In this document: piece by piece, positions 8,101-16,811 of the stretch
How positions within the stretch are numbered: the stretch's first letter is position 1
Layout: each line of letters starts with the position of its first letter
Assembly: GCA_036491515.1 (NCBI GenBank)
Contig: DASXBV010000263.1
Coordinates: forward strand, 1-38,057
Direction: 5' to 3'
DNA: 38,057 bases
Origin: Chthoniobacterales bacterium
GTDB lineage: Bacteria > Verrucomicrobiota > Verrucomicrobiia > Chthoniobacterales > JAFAMB01
The notes under the pieces: model-generated
Databases searched by the model: none
The model's input: only the letters and a program-made list of their open reading frames with translations
Told to the model about the DNA's origin: nothing
Position numbers and translations under genes: made by a program

Positions 8101-8203
8101 TCGTACTCGTCCTCGTCCTCGTTCTCGTCCTCGATTCTTGTGCGCAAAACAGAGGAACCTCTGCGACGTTCGAGAACGAGGACGAGGACCACGACGAGTA
8201 CGA
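8101..8203. repeat. 34-nt inverted repeat built from GTCCTC/GAGGAC hexamers
   Basis: The left arm is tcgtactcgtcctcgtcctcgttctcgtcctcga (8101-8134). The right arm is tcgagaacgaggacgaggaccacgacgagtacga (8170-8203). By manual comparison 30 of 34 positions are complementary. The 35-nt loop holds an inner agagg-aa-cctct hairpin. Confidence 0.85.
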
Positions 8204-8315
8204 TTATGGCGCGCCGGCGGCACCACGCCCCCTCCATGAAGAGGAAAATGACGACACACAAAATTTAGCGTCGCTTTGCAGGTGATGATTGCGCAAAAGT
8301 GAAGTGAATTCTCAG

Positions 8316-8774
8316 ATGATAACGATAGCGCAAGAAGATCCTCGTTCCCTGGATGTCCAGCGACTGCTTTCCGCGTTCGTGGATGAAGTCAAAAAGCGTT
8401 ACGATTCCCCTCCTGTCGATGTCGGTTTCTTCGATCCGGAGCTGGTCGCGGTTCCAAGAAGCGTTTTCCTGGTCGCACGCGACGACGGAAACGCCGTCGG
8501 ATGCGGGGCCCTCATCCCTATGGATGAGACCGTGGTTGAGGTTAAACGAATGTTTGTCGCGCCAGAGAAACGCGGCCATGGGATTGCCAGGCGGATCCTG
8601 GACGAACTGGAACGCTTGGCGCGGGAATTTGACTATGACGCGATCCGTCTCGAGACCGGCGTGAGACAACCCGAATCCATTGCACTCTACGGAAAGGGCG
8701 GCTTCTACCGGATCCCCAATTTTCCACCGTTCGAAGACGATGCGTCTGCCGTTTGCTTCGAAAAACGAATCTGA
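8316..8774 (+). CDS. GNAT family N-acetyltransferase
   Basis: The acetyl-CoA binding motif is RMFVAPEKRGHGIARRILDELERLA, and VGCGAL and YGKGGFYRI are also present. The track ORF starts at a TTG at 8289. The ATG at 8316 (MITIAQEDP) gives the typical roughly 150 aa. Confidence 0.85.
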   Translation: MITIAQEDPRSLDVQRLLSAFVDEVKKRYDSPPVDVGFFDPELVAVPRSVFLVARDDGNAVGCGALIPMDETVVEVKRMFVAPEKRGHGIARRILDELERLAREFDYDAIRLETGVRQPESIALYGKGGFYRIPNFPPFEDDASAVCFEKRI

Positions 8775-8778
8775 CCAG

Positions 8779-8822
8779 CCTGCGTGCCTCTCAAATCCCT
8801 CAGGATTTGTGAGGCACGCAGG
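8779..8822. terminator. bidirectional hairpin between convergent genes
   Basis: cctgcgtgcctc (8779-8790) pairs with gaggcacgcagg (8811-8822), and caaatcc (8792-8798) pairs with ggatttg (8803-8809). The loop is ctca. That gives 19 bp with one mismatch. It lies 5 nt after the GNAT stop and 1 nt before the TPR gene stop. There is no clean U tract. Confidence 0.55.
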
Positions 8823-8823
8823 C

Positions 8824-11800
8824 TTACCTCTCATTTTCGGTTTTCAGTATTAACCGCGCCTTCTCCGCAGTATCTCCGGTTCCGCTGCGTGCAACAGCTT
8901 CGAGAACTTTTAGGCCAACACGCTTTTGAGAAGTCGGGATTAGGGTGCTCGCGAACCTGAGCGCCTGCGCAGCATCCGTTCGCTCCAGCACGATCGTGTC
9001 GAAGCACTTCTCAAAGATGTCGGAAAGCTCTGAAACGAATATCGGATCTTCGAAAAGCGGCGCAGTCCGATCAAATACTCGATAAGCCAATTGCGGCCGC
9101 GCTTCGAGTGCACGGAGCACTCGCGGGTAAGCTCTGCGGTCAATCCAACGGTTAACGCTAGCCGTCCAGATGTCTGCCCCGACGTCAGACGGAAGGTAAT
9201 CAATTTCACCGAACCACTCGTCGGAAAGCCCCGCCGTAACCACAAGTTCGATAAATCTATCAAAGAGTTTATCCGCTCGATAAACCTGTGTTGCTCGCAA
9301 AACGTCACGCGCTTTTGCGGAATCACCGTCGTCAACCAACAGCTTGGCGAACGCCAGACGGAGTTCAGGATTATGTTGGTCTGGATCGTTCCGAATGGCC
9401 GTCTGCAGCCATTCCCGCGCGAGTCCAGACTCTTTGAGCGAAAGGCAAAAATTGGCAATCTGAAAGAGGGCGTCCGCCTGCAGTGCGCTGCGATGAGCGA
9501 GCCGATTCATCTCGCGACTGACCATTTCACGCTCACCCATCGCCCAGAGCTGGGAACAGAGCGCGAATCGAAGCCGCAAGTCGTCCTTATTGCGACGAAT
9601 CTGCTCCGCAATCACTTGAACGGCCAAGCGAGGTTCGTTCAAAAGCTCTGACTGCAATCTCGCAAGGGCGTCATCATTCAAAAATGGGAGATCGATCAGC
9701 TTCCGGAGAGTCTCTTCCGCATGCGCGTCATCTTTGTTCGCCAGATAGGTTTGAACCATCATTTCACCAGCGAGGGCTACGCCGGCAGCCCAATCGCTCT
9801 CGAGCAATCCCTTCGCATAACGAAGGCCGTTACCTGCAAGCTTCTGGAGAGTTTGATAAAAGCCAACGGCCAAACTGGGTTGGGCAAAAGCAAGATCACG
9901 AAGAGTTTCGAGGTCGCGACCGGTCTCCAGATCCTCCGTCGCCAGGAAATCGGTAATGAGTCGGTGTTCAAGAAAGAATTTAACGTTCTGTTCTTGCGCG
10001 CTTTCCACCGCAGAGCGCATCAGTTCAACGGCTTCCTTTGGCCTGCCAAGCCTCTTGAGGTCCGTCGCAATATCGGAGACGCTCGCGGGCACGCCTTCTC
10101 GAATCGCTTGATAGGCTTTTTGGATCAGATTGTCTATGTCGCTCTGATCCAATGAAGAGCCATCCGGGATCCCCTCAGTTCGGGCGGGCGCGACGGATTT
10201 GGCTGAATTCGCTTCTCTAAACAATCGCTCCGCCTCGTCGGATCGTCCGGTACGGAGACACAAAATTGCCAGCCCTTGCACGTACTCCGGGTTGCCAGGC
10301 TTCAGCGCGAGAAGCTGATACCAGGCTTTTTCGGCTTCTCCAGAAGGCAAGTCCGGCAGTGTCGCGAACGCTTTGAGATAGTCCTCGTTCCCGGGCTCAG
10401 TCCGCAAGGCTTGCTCCAGGAGTGCCTTCGCGTGCGCGGGCTGGCCCGATTGAGTATACACAGCCGACAAACGGAGAACGACCTCGGATCGGTCAATTCC
10501 GATCGGCAGAGGAACGGTTCCCTCGATTATGGGCTCCAGGAGCGTCAGCATCAGGGTTGGATCTCCCGTCGCCTGAATCATCTCCTGGACGGTCCGGAAT
10601 TGGCTTGCACTCGTTGGTGCTTCCCTGTAGAGCCTATCATACACGAGCGCCGCAAGCCGAAACTGTCGCTTCGTCTCCATTTGCGTCGCAAGCGCACGGA
10701 GCGCGTCCAACGAATCAACGTCTCGAATCTCATCCAGGATTTCGGCCGCCTGACTCGGTTTCGCGGCACCGAGATCGAGCTCAGCCAGTTTGGTTCTGAA
10801 CTCGTCGATCGCTTCACGGCATGCATCGGATTGCAACTGAGCAAACGCGCGATCGGCAACCATTTTCTCCCACAAAAAACGTGCGAGCGGTTGAAGTTCA
10901 TGCGCGAGAAAAAGGCGGGCCGTTTGATCCGCAAATTGGCAAGCTCGACGGCCGACGTCGTCTATTGGGCCCAACGTATCGTCACCGGCCCAGGCGGGTT
11001 GCTGGAACACGTGCGTCAGGCGGCGTTCGGCTAGGGCATACTGGCCGCTCCATCCAAGCAAACAGGCTGCGGCCAACTCCTCCCGATTTGTAGCACCCCG
11101 CCCGTCGCCCTTCGGCAGGAATGCATCGAGCAGGGGGGCACGCTGGTCTTCCGCAGTAAGTTCATACAGGGCACGCAAGCTGGAGACGAAATCCTCATCC
11201 ATCTTTTCCGCCCGGCCTTGGATCGCGATGGCGAGAATCTCACGAGCCCGCTCCGGCTGGTCGGTGTCAATAAGCCAGCGTGCGATCTCATTTGCCATCT
11301 GACATCTTCTTAGCACTGCGCGTCCGAACGCAAGCTTACCCAAGGTAATTGCCTGGTCATACCTGCCACAAGCGGCGAATACGCGTGCGCTATCCCACAA
11401 CGCCGACACCGGCCCTTGACCCCCAGGAAAGAGTGATTCGATCAAACCGGCCAAATCATCGCGGGGGTGGGTCTTAAGGAAATTTGCTAAAACAGCCAGC
11501 AAAAGTGTTCGTTGCTCATTGAAGTTTGGGTCCTCCGGGTCGATCCAGCGTCTTAAGGTGACGTATTGCCGAGTCTCCATCGCATACCACAAATATGCCT
11601 GTTGCAGGTCACGGACCTTCGGAGTCGCCGCCAGGTGCGAGGCGAGCAAAGTTAGCATCCTGCTGAAATCTCCCGCAGCAAAATACGCCCAGAGTGCCGC
11701 CGTTGGTTCTCGGATCTCTTTATGGAACCAGACCGCACGGACCTCATTCCCACTGGCGGAGTCGTTTACGCAAGCGACCCATCGAGAGACGCTATCTAAT

Positions 11801-14800
11801 CGGCGGTCGAGGTCGGTGGTTGCAGGACGGTTTTGGTGATTCGCGCGCCAGAAAACGCGTACCGAGTCTTCGATCCCACCCCTACTGTACCAATCGCGCA
11901 GCCGCAACGCCGCCTCGTACCCGGCCGACCCGATCGCGATCTCGGGGAGCGGATACCGCAGGATCTCTCCCTCTCTTTCTTCTCCTGTTGTTGCCGTGAT
12001 TACGCGTTCAAAGCAAGAACGAGCGATCTCAAATTGATGACGTTCCTGCCGGATACAGCCAACGCTGTAAAGGGCCTCAACATTATCGGGATCCAAGTCG
12101 ACTACTTTCAGCAACAATTCGAGCACACGGTCGGTAAAAAGTCTCCGATCAAAGTATCGTGCCGCCTGCGTGAGGACATCAACGTCTCGCGGGAATCGAA
12201 CGATTAATTGGTCCCAGGTTCCGGTCGGGTCTCGAAAATCCGCGATCTCGAGAGCAGCGAGTTTGAGCAATGGTTGTGGATCGTCTGGCGGGGTGAAGTA
12301 GACGAGCTTTTTTTGATAGTCGCACGCGGTAGCAAGCCTTCCGGTTCTCTCCGCTTCCCCAACCAAAGCTCGCAATGAGGCCGCCGGGTCCGGCGCACAG
12401 AAGTAGGCCTTCTGCAGCAAGTCGAATGCTTCAGCGCCTCGGCCCTCTCTCTGCAGAACCTTCGCAACACAATTTTGCAGAATATAATCGTTCGGATGTT
12501 GGTCTCGCCGTCCCGCGATTTCGCCTTCGAGCCAAGGCAGCAGCGTGGTTCGATCGCAATAATCGAGCAAGGCATCGAAAGCCATCCTCTGCTCACTCGG
12601 GTTTGCCTGTTGATCGAAAAAATCGAGGAGGACGCGGGCAGCTTTGCTTGGTTGGCCCATTTCGGTAAGAGCGCGCACGAACGGCTCGAGCATTTCTTTT
12701 CTTTGCGCCCCGATCGACTGTCTATAAGCGCGCTCCCAAATCTCGAGGCCTTCCACCGGGCGATTGGCCCGCCGAAAGGCAGCCGCAAGGTCAGCCAGTT
12801 CTTGGACATTCGAACCGACCATCGCTTTCAGCCTTTGCAGAGAAACCGTCGCGTCCTGAACTTGTCCGAGGTCGAGGAAAATATCCGCCAGCTTGCAGAT
12901 GTAGTTAGCTGACGCGTCAGGATTTCGTTCTGCGAGCTCCCTCAACTGAGTCTGCGCGACGTACCAATTCTTCGTTTTGAGCGCGAAATCCACAAGGTGT
13001 TCTCGAGCCGCAATATTTTTTGAATCGAGCTCAACCGCCCGCTGCGCGGCTGCGACGGCGGCTTCGCCGTCGTGGGTCCAATCCCGCCAAATTGCGAGCC
13101 TCAGGTAATCCTCGGATTGATCGGTCTGGCGGGCAGTTCTTTCCAAAGCTTTGATAAAGGTGTCGATTTCCACATTCTTGACGACAGCGGGTGTCGACAA
13201 GGGATTGGTCATGGCCCGCTCATCGACTACCGATAGAAGGTTGAACAGTCTCTGGTCTAAATCTCTTCGCCACTCGGCAGCTGTGGCAGATGCGTAAGAG
13301 GCTTCGATCAACTTTCGGGCGCCGGCCACATCATTTCGGGCGATGAGCAGCTCAAGGAGCGCCTCCACCGCTTGTCGATTCTGGGCGTCGATCCGCAACG
13401 CCAGGCGTAACAGCGCTTCTCCCTCCAGCGGGTAGCCAGCCTCTTTGAAAAATTCGGCCCCCTTTGCGTAGCGACTGCTGTCCAGCCTCAGCCAGCTCTC
13501 GAGAGCAATCCTTGCCGGTAGGAAGCGATGTTTTCGAAGCAGGAATTGCACTAGCGCCGGTGTGTCTTCCTCAGGATCAGCCGCAGCGGCTTGTTCAAGA
13601 ACTTGCTCTGCTGCCGTCTCCAGTCGGTAGCGGCTCAGAAAATCGATGACTCGGGTACGTACCGCGTCATCCTGCGATCTGTTTTGTACAAGCGTTCTTA
13701 CGCGGCGTTCCGCTTCAGCAAGGTGGCCGAGCTGAACATCGAGCCGCGCACGTGCGAGTTGGAAGTCCACATTCGTTGGCTGCTGGGAAACTAGCTGATC
13801 ATAGAGGCGTGCAGCTTCTGCCAGATCTCCTTGGAGTGCGGTTAGATCAGCAAGCTTCGATTTGAAGGCAATCGTATTGGGCATCAACTCCAACATTTGC
13901 CGAAGCGTTGCACACTCTTCCTCGGCTCTTCCTGCTCGTTCGTAGAACAACGCCAACTGTTGCAGAGCTCCTAAATCGCGAGGATTAGCTCGTGCCAGGC
14001 TCTGCCATTTCTTCTCCAATTCAGCGCCACGATTTGCCTCTTGATAGATTTGAATTAACTGGGTCTGGAGATCAGACCGCACCCAATTTCCGGGCGCGGT
14101 CAGTTGAATTGCGTGTTCCAGCGCTGAGACAGCCGCTTCAAACTGGTGCCGGCCTCTCTCTATTCGAGCTATTTCCCGAAATGATTCGGTTTTCTGATAA
14201 GGTGAACCGCTCACCGCGACCATCTGATAATGGGCGACCGCATCATCAAGCTGATGATTCTTTTCGCTGATTCGAGCTAACCGAAGACGCAGCTCAATGT
14301 TTCCCGGAGCGAGTTGTACGGCGGTCGTCCAGGCCCTCTTAGCTTTCTCGAATTCTAATTGAGCCTGCCAAAGGCCGCCTAATTCGATCAGCCAGTCGAC
14401 CTTCTGAGAGTCACGATCCGATATATTCTGGATCGCTCTCTCCAATGCCGCGGCTGCGTCAGCTTTGTGATTCCTAGTAAGCTCGAGATCAGCTCTGCTT
14501 CGCCACGGAAGCGGGCTCTCCGGGTGAAGTCTCAAAGCGTCTTGGTACGCGGTCGCGGCCTCATCGAAGCGGCCGGAGCGTTTCAGAAGGTGGCCGGCGA
14601 TAAGAGCTGCGGCCAGGTCATTCCGTCCGGCGGCTAAATACCGCGCGATAACAGACTCCAGTTGATCGTGTTCCCGATACCATTCCCAAATTCTTTCTAC
14701 CGGCAGTCCATCGACAGGGTTAGCGCGGGCAGCCTGTTCGTAACGCTGAATCACCCTTTCGGTTTGAGCGGCTGCGACGCTGGCCCACCCGATACAAGCA

Positions 14801-14832
14801 GAGCCGATTGCGATCAGCCATCCGCGTTTCAC
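8824..14832 (-). CDS. giant (2002 aa) secreted TPR/helical-repeat protein
   Basis: This is a single uninterrupted 6009-nt ORF with a GTG start and the signal peptide MKRGWLIAIGSACIGWASVAAAQ. The whole length shows Ala/Leu/Arg/Glu-rich 34-aa-type repeats (for example AAATAYQDALRLHPESPLPW, AKRAWTTAVQLAPGNIE, ALLEQALRTEPGNEDY, WYQLLALKPGNPEY). No catalytic motif was recognised by eye. Confidence 0.8.
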   Translation of the reverse strand: MKRGWLIAIGSACIGWASVAAAQTERVIQRYEQAARANPVDGLPVERIWEWYREHDQLESVIARYLAAGRNDLAAALIAGHLLKRSGRFDEAATAYQDALRLHPESPLPWRSRADLELTRNHKADAAAALERAIQNISDRDSQKVDWLIELGGLWQAQLEFEKAKRAWTTAVQLAPGNIELRLRLARISEKNHQLDDAVAHYQMVAVSGSPYQKTESFREIARIERGRHQFEAAVSALEHAIQLTAPGNWVRSDLQTQLIQIYQEANRGAELEKKWQSLARANPRDLGALQQLALFYERAGRAEEECATLRQMLELMPNTIAFKSKLADLTALQGDLAEAARLYDQLVSQQPTNVDFQLARARLDVQLGHLAEAERRVRTLVQNRSQDDAVRTRVIDFLSRYRLETAAEQVLEQAAAADPEEDTPALVQFLLRKHRFLPARIALESWLRLDSSRYAKGAEFFKEAGYPLEGEALLRLALRIDAQNRQAVEALLELLIARNDVAGARKLIEASYASATAAEWRRDLDQRLFNLLSVVDERAMTNPLSTPAVVKNVEIDTFIKALERTARQTDQSEDYLRLAIWRDWTHDGEAAVAAAQRAVELDSKNIAAREHLVDFALKTKNWYVAQTQLRELAERNPDASANYICKLADIFLDLGQVQDATVSLQRLKAMVGSNVQELADLAAAFRRANRPVEGLEIWERAYRQSIGAQRKEMLEPFVRALTEMGQPSKAARVLLDFFDQQANPSEQRMAFDALLDYCDRTTLLPWLEGEIAGRRDQHPNDYILQNCVAKVLQREGRGAEAFDLLQKAYFCAPDPAASLRALVGEAERTGRLATACDYQKKLVYFTPPDDPQPLLKLAALEIADFRDPTGTWDQLIVRFPRDVDVLTQAARYFDRRLFTDRVLELLLKVVDLDPDNVEALYSVGCIRQERHQFEIARSCFERVITATTGEEREGEILRYPLPEIAIGSAGYEAALRLRDWYSRGGIEDSVRVFWRANHQNRPATTDLDRRLDSVSRWVACVNDSASGNEVRAVWFHKEIREPTAALWAYFAAGDFSRMLTLLASHLAATPKVRDLQQAYLWYAMETRQYVTLRRWIDPEDPNFNEQRTLLLAVLANFLKTHPRDDLAGLIESLFPGGQGPVSALWDSARVFAACGRYDQAITLGKLAFGRAVLRRCQMANEIARWLIDTDQPERAREILAIAIQGRAEKMDEDFVSSLRALYELTAEDQRAPLLDAFLPKGDGRGATNREELAAACLLGWSGQYALAERRLTHVFQQPAWAGDDTLGPIDDVGRRACQFADQTARLFLAHELQPLARFLWEKMVADRAFAQLQSDACREAIDEFRTKLAELDLGAAKPSQAAEILDEIRDVDSLDALRALATQMETKRQFRLAALVYDRLYREAPTSASQFRTVQEMIQATGDPTLMLTLLEPIIEGTVPLPIGIDRSEVVLRLSAVYTQSGQPAHAKALLEQALRTEPGNEDYLKAFATLPDLPSGEAEKAWYQLLALKPGNPEYVQGLAILCLRTGRSDEAERLFREANSAKSVAPARTEGIPDGSSLDQSDIDNLIQKAYQAIREGVPASVSDIATDLKRLGRPKEAVELMRSAVESAQEQNVKFFLEHRLITDFLATEDLETGRDLETLRDLAFAQPSLAVGFYQTLQKLAGNGLRYAKGLLESDWAAGVALAGEMMVQTYLANKDDAHAEETLRKLIDLPFLNDDALARLQSELLNEPRLAVQVIAEQIRRNKDDLRLRFALCSQLWAMGEREMVSREMNRLAHRSALQADALFQIANFCLSLKESGLAREWLQTAIRNDPDQHNPELRLAFAKLLVDDGDSAKARDVLRATQVYRADKLFDRFIELVVTAGLSDEWFGEIDYLPSDVGADIWTASVNRWIDRRAYPRVLRALEARPQLAYRVFDRTAPLFEDPIFVSELSDIFEKCFDTIVLERTDAAQALRFASTLIPTSQKRVGLKVLEAVARSGTGDTAEKARLILKTENER

Positions 14833-14913
14833 GGATGGTAGCGTAGCTCAACGCTGGGCTCACGCAATAAACGTTCGGCAGTCGGCGTCTCGGCGTGGCC
14901 ACGCGTATGGCGT

Positions 14914-14939
14914 GGGACGCGCTCCCGCGCGTCCCTACC
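14914..14939 (-). repeat. REP-like element: GGTAG head plus a 9-bp hairpin
   Basis: The reverse complement is GGTAGGGACGCGC-GGGA-GCGCGTCCC, with a perfect 9-bp stem. The TAG of the head (14937-14935) is the stop codon of the ACT gene. Confidence 0.85.
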
Positions 14940-15327
14940 ACTCGACGACGTCTAACCCCGCGAAACGCAAGGCCTTGATGGCGTCAACCAGTTGCCGGTC
15001 TCTGACTAGCACATAGTCTGTCTCGTAGGTCGCGATCGGGAGAATGCCTATGTTGGACTGTGCCAGCGGAACAGCCACAGAGACCAGAATCCCGACAAGA
15101 TCCAAATCCAGCGGTCCTTCTATCTTGAACCCTCGCCAACCTCGACTTGCGTGCGTTCCTCCGGGAACGAAAGCGTCTTCGCAAATGATACAAAGCTCCT
15201 CTCGGGTGCGGCTGATTGAGAGAAAAGATTCACCAACCGCCCATTCGGGAATTGGGTCCTTGGCACCAAGCCGACAAACCGCAAGCCGTTCAGGCAGCAC
15301 AACCAGCCTTAACAAAGGAGGATTCAT
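14935..15327 (-). CDS. ACT_7-type ACT domain protein (CASTOR/ACT-like small-molecule binding)
   Basis: The pattern LAVCRL..PIPEWA..FLSISRTREELCIICE..RGWRGFKIEGPLDLDLVGILVSVAVPLAQSNIGILPIATYETDYVLV is characteristic of this family. Confidence 0.7.
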   Translation of the reverse strand: MNPPLLRLVVLPERLAVCRLGAKDPIPEWAVGESFLSISRTREELCIICEDAFVPGGTHASRGWRGFKIEGPLDLDLVGILVSVAVPLAQSNIGILPIATYETDYVLVRDRQLVDAIKALRFAGLDVVEW

Positions 15328-15408
15328 GGGGCCCGCAACATGGCACTAAAACAGGTCTAGCGCCAATGGCAGTTTTAAGCCAAGAAGTCAAAAGTTGCAG
15401 GATGCTTT

Positions 15409-15491
15409 GGTAGGGCGAGGCTCCGGGTAGGGCGAGGCTCCGGGTAGGGCGAGGCTCCGTCCGAGCCGGAGCCCTGCCCGGAGCTTCGTCC
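15409..15491 (+). repeat. 3 x 17-nt tandem GGTAGGGCGAGGCTCCG plus a terminal hairpin
   Basis: The units occupy 15409-15425, 15426-15442 and 15443-15459. Then GGCTCCG (15453-15459), a tccgagc loop and CGGAGCC (15467-15473) form a hairpin. It lies in the divergent gap between the ACT_7 gene and hisS. Confidence 0.9.
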
Positions 15492-15569
15492 TTATCTCCT
15501 TGAATTGCGCTTTCTGACCCGAAACGTTTGCTTTTCGGCGGGTTGAATGCATCCTTTCGGCCTCTGTCT

Positions 15570-16811
15570 ATGCAACGGCTACCCGGCTTCCGCGACTATT
15601 ACCCAGAGGATTGCGCTTTCCGAAATTACCTTTTCGAAAATTGGCGCCGCGTTGCGCGCGCATTCGGATTCCAGGAATATGACGGACCAACTCTTGAGCC
15701 GACAGAACTCTATAAAAAGAAAAGCGGAGAGGAGTTGAAAACGCAACTATTCCGTTTTGTCGACCAGGGAGGTCGGGATGTCTGTATGAAACCGGAAATG
15801 ACCCCGACCTTGGCTCGTCTGATTGCCGCCCGCGAAAGGGATTACCGGAAGCCCCTAAAATGGTTTAGCATTTCTCCTTTCTTCCGGTTTGAAAAACCGC
15901 AAAAGGGCCGGCTCCGGGAATTTTATCAAATAAACTGTGACATCATTGGGGACGATTCTCCGGCAGCCGATGCGGAACTAATCGCGCTTGCTATCGAGTT
16001 ACATCGGGTCTTCGGACTGACCGATGACGACTTTTTCGTACGTGTGAACAACCGGAACCTCTGGGCAGAGTTCCTGACGAAGCACCAAAAGCCACTCACG
16101 GACTTGCCTGAGTTCCTCTCAGTCATCGACAAACTTGAACGGGATAGCGAAGAGGTTACTGCACATAAGCTCCGGGCATTGGGCCTTGAGCTTGATCACA
16201 TTCGCAAGTTTCTGGCGACGCCGGCAGCATCGGTCCCAGGTTTCAGCGGCTTGTTCGAGGAGCTGCAGTGGCGCGGTTTGGAGAAGTTTGTCGAATTAGA
16301 TCTGACCATCGTCCGTGGCCTCGACTACTATACCGGATTTGTCTTCGAGATTTTTGATCGCAAGAAGAAAAACCGGGCTCTCGCGGGTGGCGGAAGATAT
16401 GACAACCTGATCTCGGTTATTAGCGACGGCGCGACAGATCTGCCGGCCGCTGGTTTTGCGATCGGTGACGTCACATTTTCGAATCTGCTGCATGAACTCG
16501 ATCACACCAGACTACGGATCGACGATGCACTGAGGACTCGCCTTAGTGCATTTATCATTGTCGGCGATGAAAATCGACGGCCGGATGCGATCCGGCTCGC
16601 AAATTCACTGCGTCAATCGGGAATAGCGGTCGACTATTGGTTCCAACCGGCCAAGATCGGGAGACAATTTCAACAAGCAGAAGCGCTCGGCGCCGCATAT
16701 GCAGTGGTGGTCGGCTCAGAGTGGCCGCAGGTACGTGTTAAGCTGCTCGCCGAACGCACGGAAGAAATAATTTCGACAGATCAACTTCCCGCTCTTCTGA
16801 GAAACAAGTGA
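15570..16811 (+). CDS. hisS: histidine--tRNA ligase
   Basis: The sequence shows LPGFRDYYPED, motif 2 FRFEKPQKGRLREFYQINCDIIG, GGGRYDNL and a C-terminal anticodon-binding domain. The track ORF starts at a TTG at 15528. The ATG at 15570 (MQRLPGFRDY) fits the family N-terminus. Confidence 0.93.
   Translation: MQRLPGFRDYYPEDCAFRNYLFENWRRVARAFGFQEYDGPTLEPTELYKKKSGEELKTQLFRFVDQGGRDVCMKPEMTPTLARLIAARERDYRKPLKWFSISPFFRFEKPQKGRLREFYQINCDIIGDDSPAADAELIALAIELHRVFGLTDDDFFVRVNNRNLWAEFLTKHQKPLTDLPEFLSVIDKLERDSEEVTAHKLRALGLELDHIRKFLATPAASVPGFSGLFEELQWRGLEKFVELDLTIVRGLDYYTGFVFEIFDRKKKNRALAGGGRYDNLISVISDGATDLPAAGFAIGDVTFSNLLHELDHTRLRIDDALRTRLSAFIIVGDENRRPDAIRLANSLRQSGIAVDYWFQPAKIGRQFQQAEALGAAYAVVVGSEWPQVRVKLLAERTEEIISTDQLPALLRNK

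Noticed and set aside
8026-8285. Four small ORFs (RGRERGRGR, LVLVLVLVLD, SSSSSFSSS, ENEDEDHDE)
   Set aside because: They are all six-frame translations of the GTCCTC/GAGGAC hexamer inverted repeat. They are low-complexity artefacts.
8265-8834. A 189-aa minus-strand ORF opposite the GNAT gene
   Set aside because: The plus-strand frame carries the GNAT acetyl-CoA motif (R/QxxGxG/A). The antisense frame has none.
10276-11034. A 252-aa plus-strand ORF and other ORFs of 100-200 aa inside the giant TPR gene (for example 12204-12809, 8940-9458, 9091-9651)
   Set aside because: They are antisense or alternate-frame ORFs within a 6-kb GC-rich coding region. They are Arg/Ser/Pro-rich with no motifs, as expected by chance.
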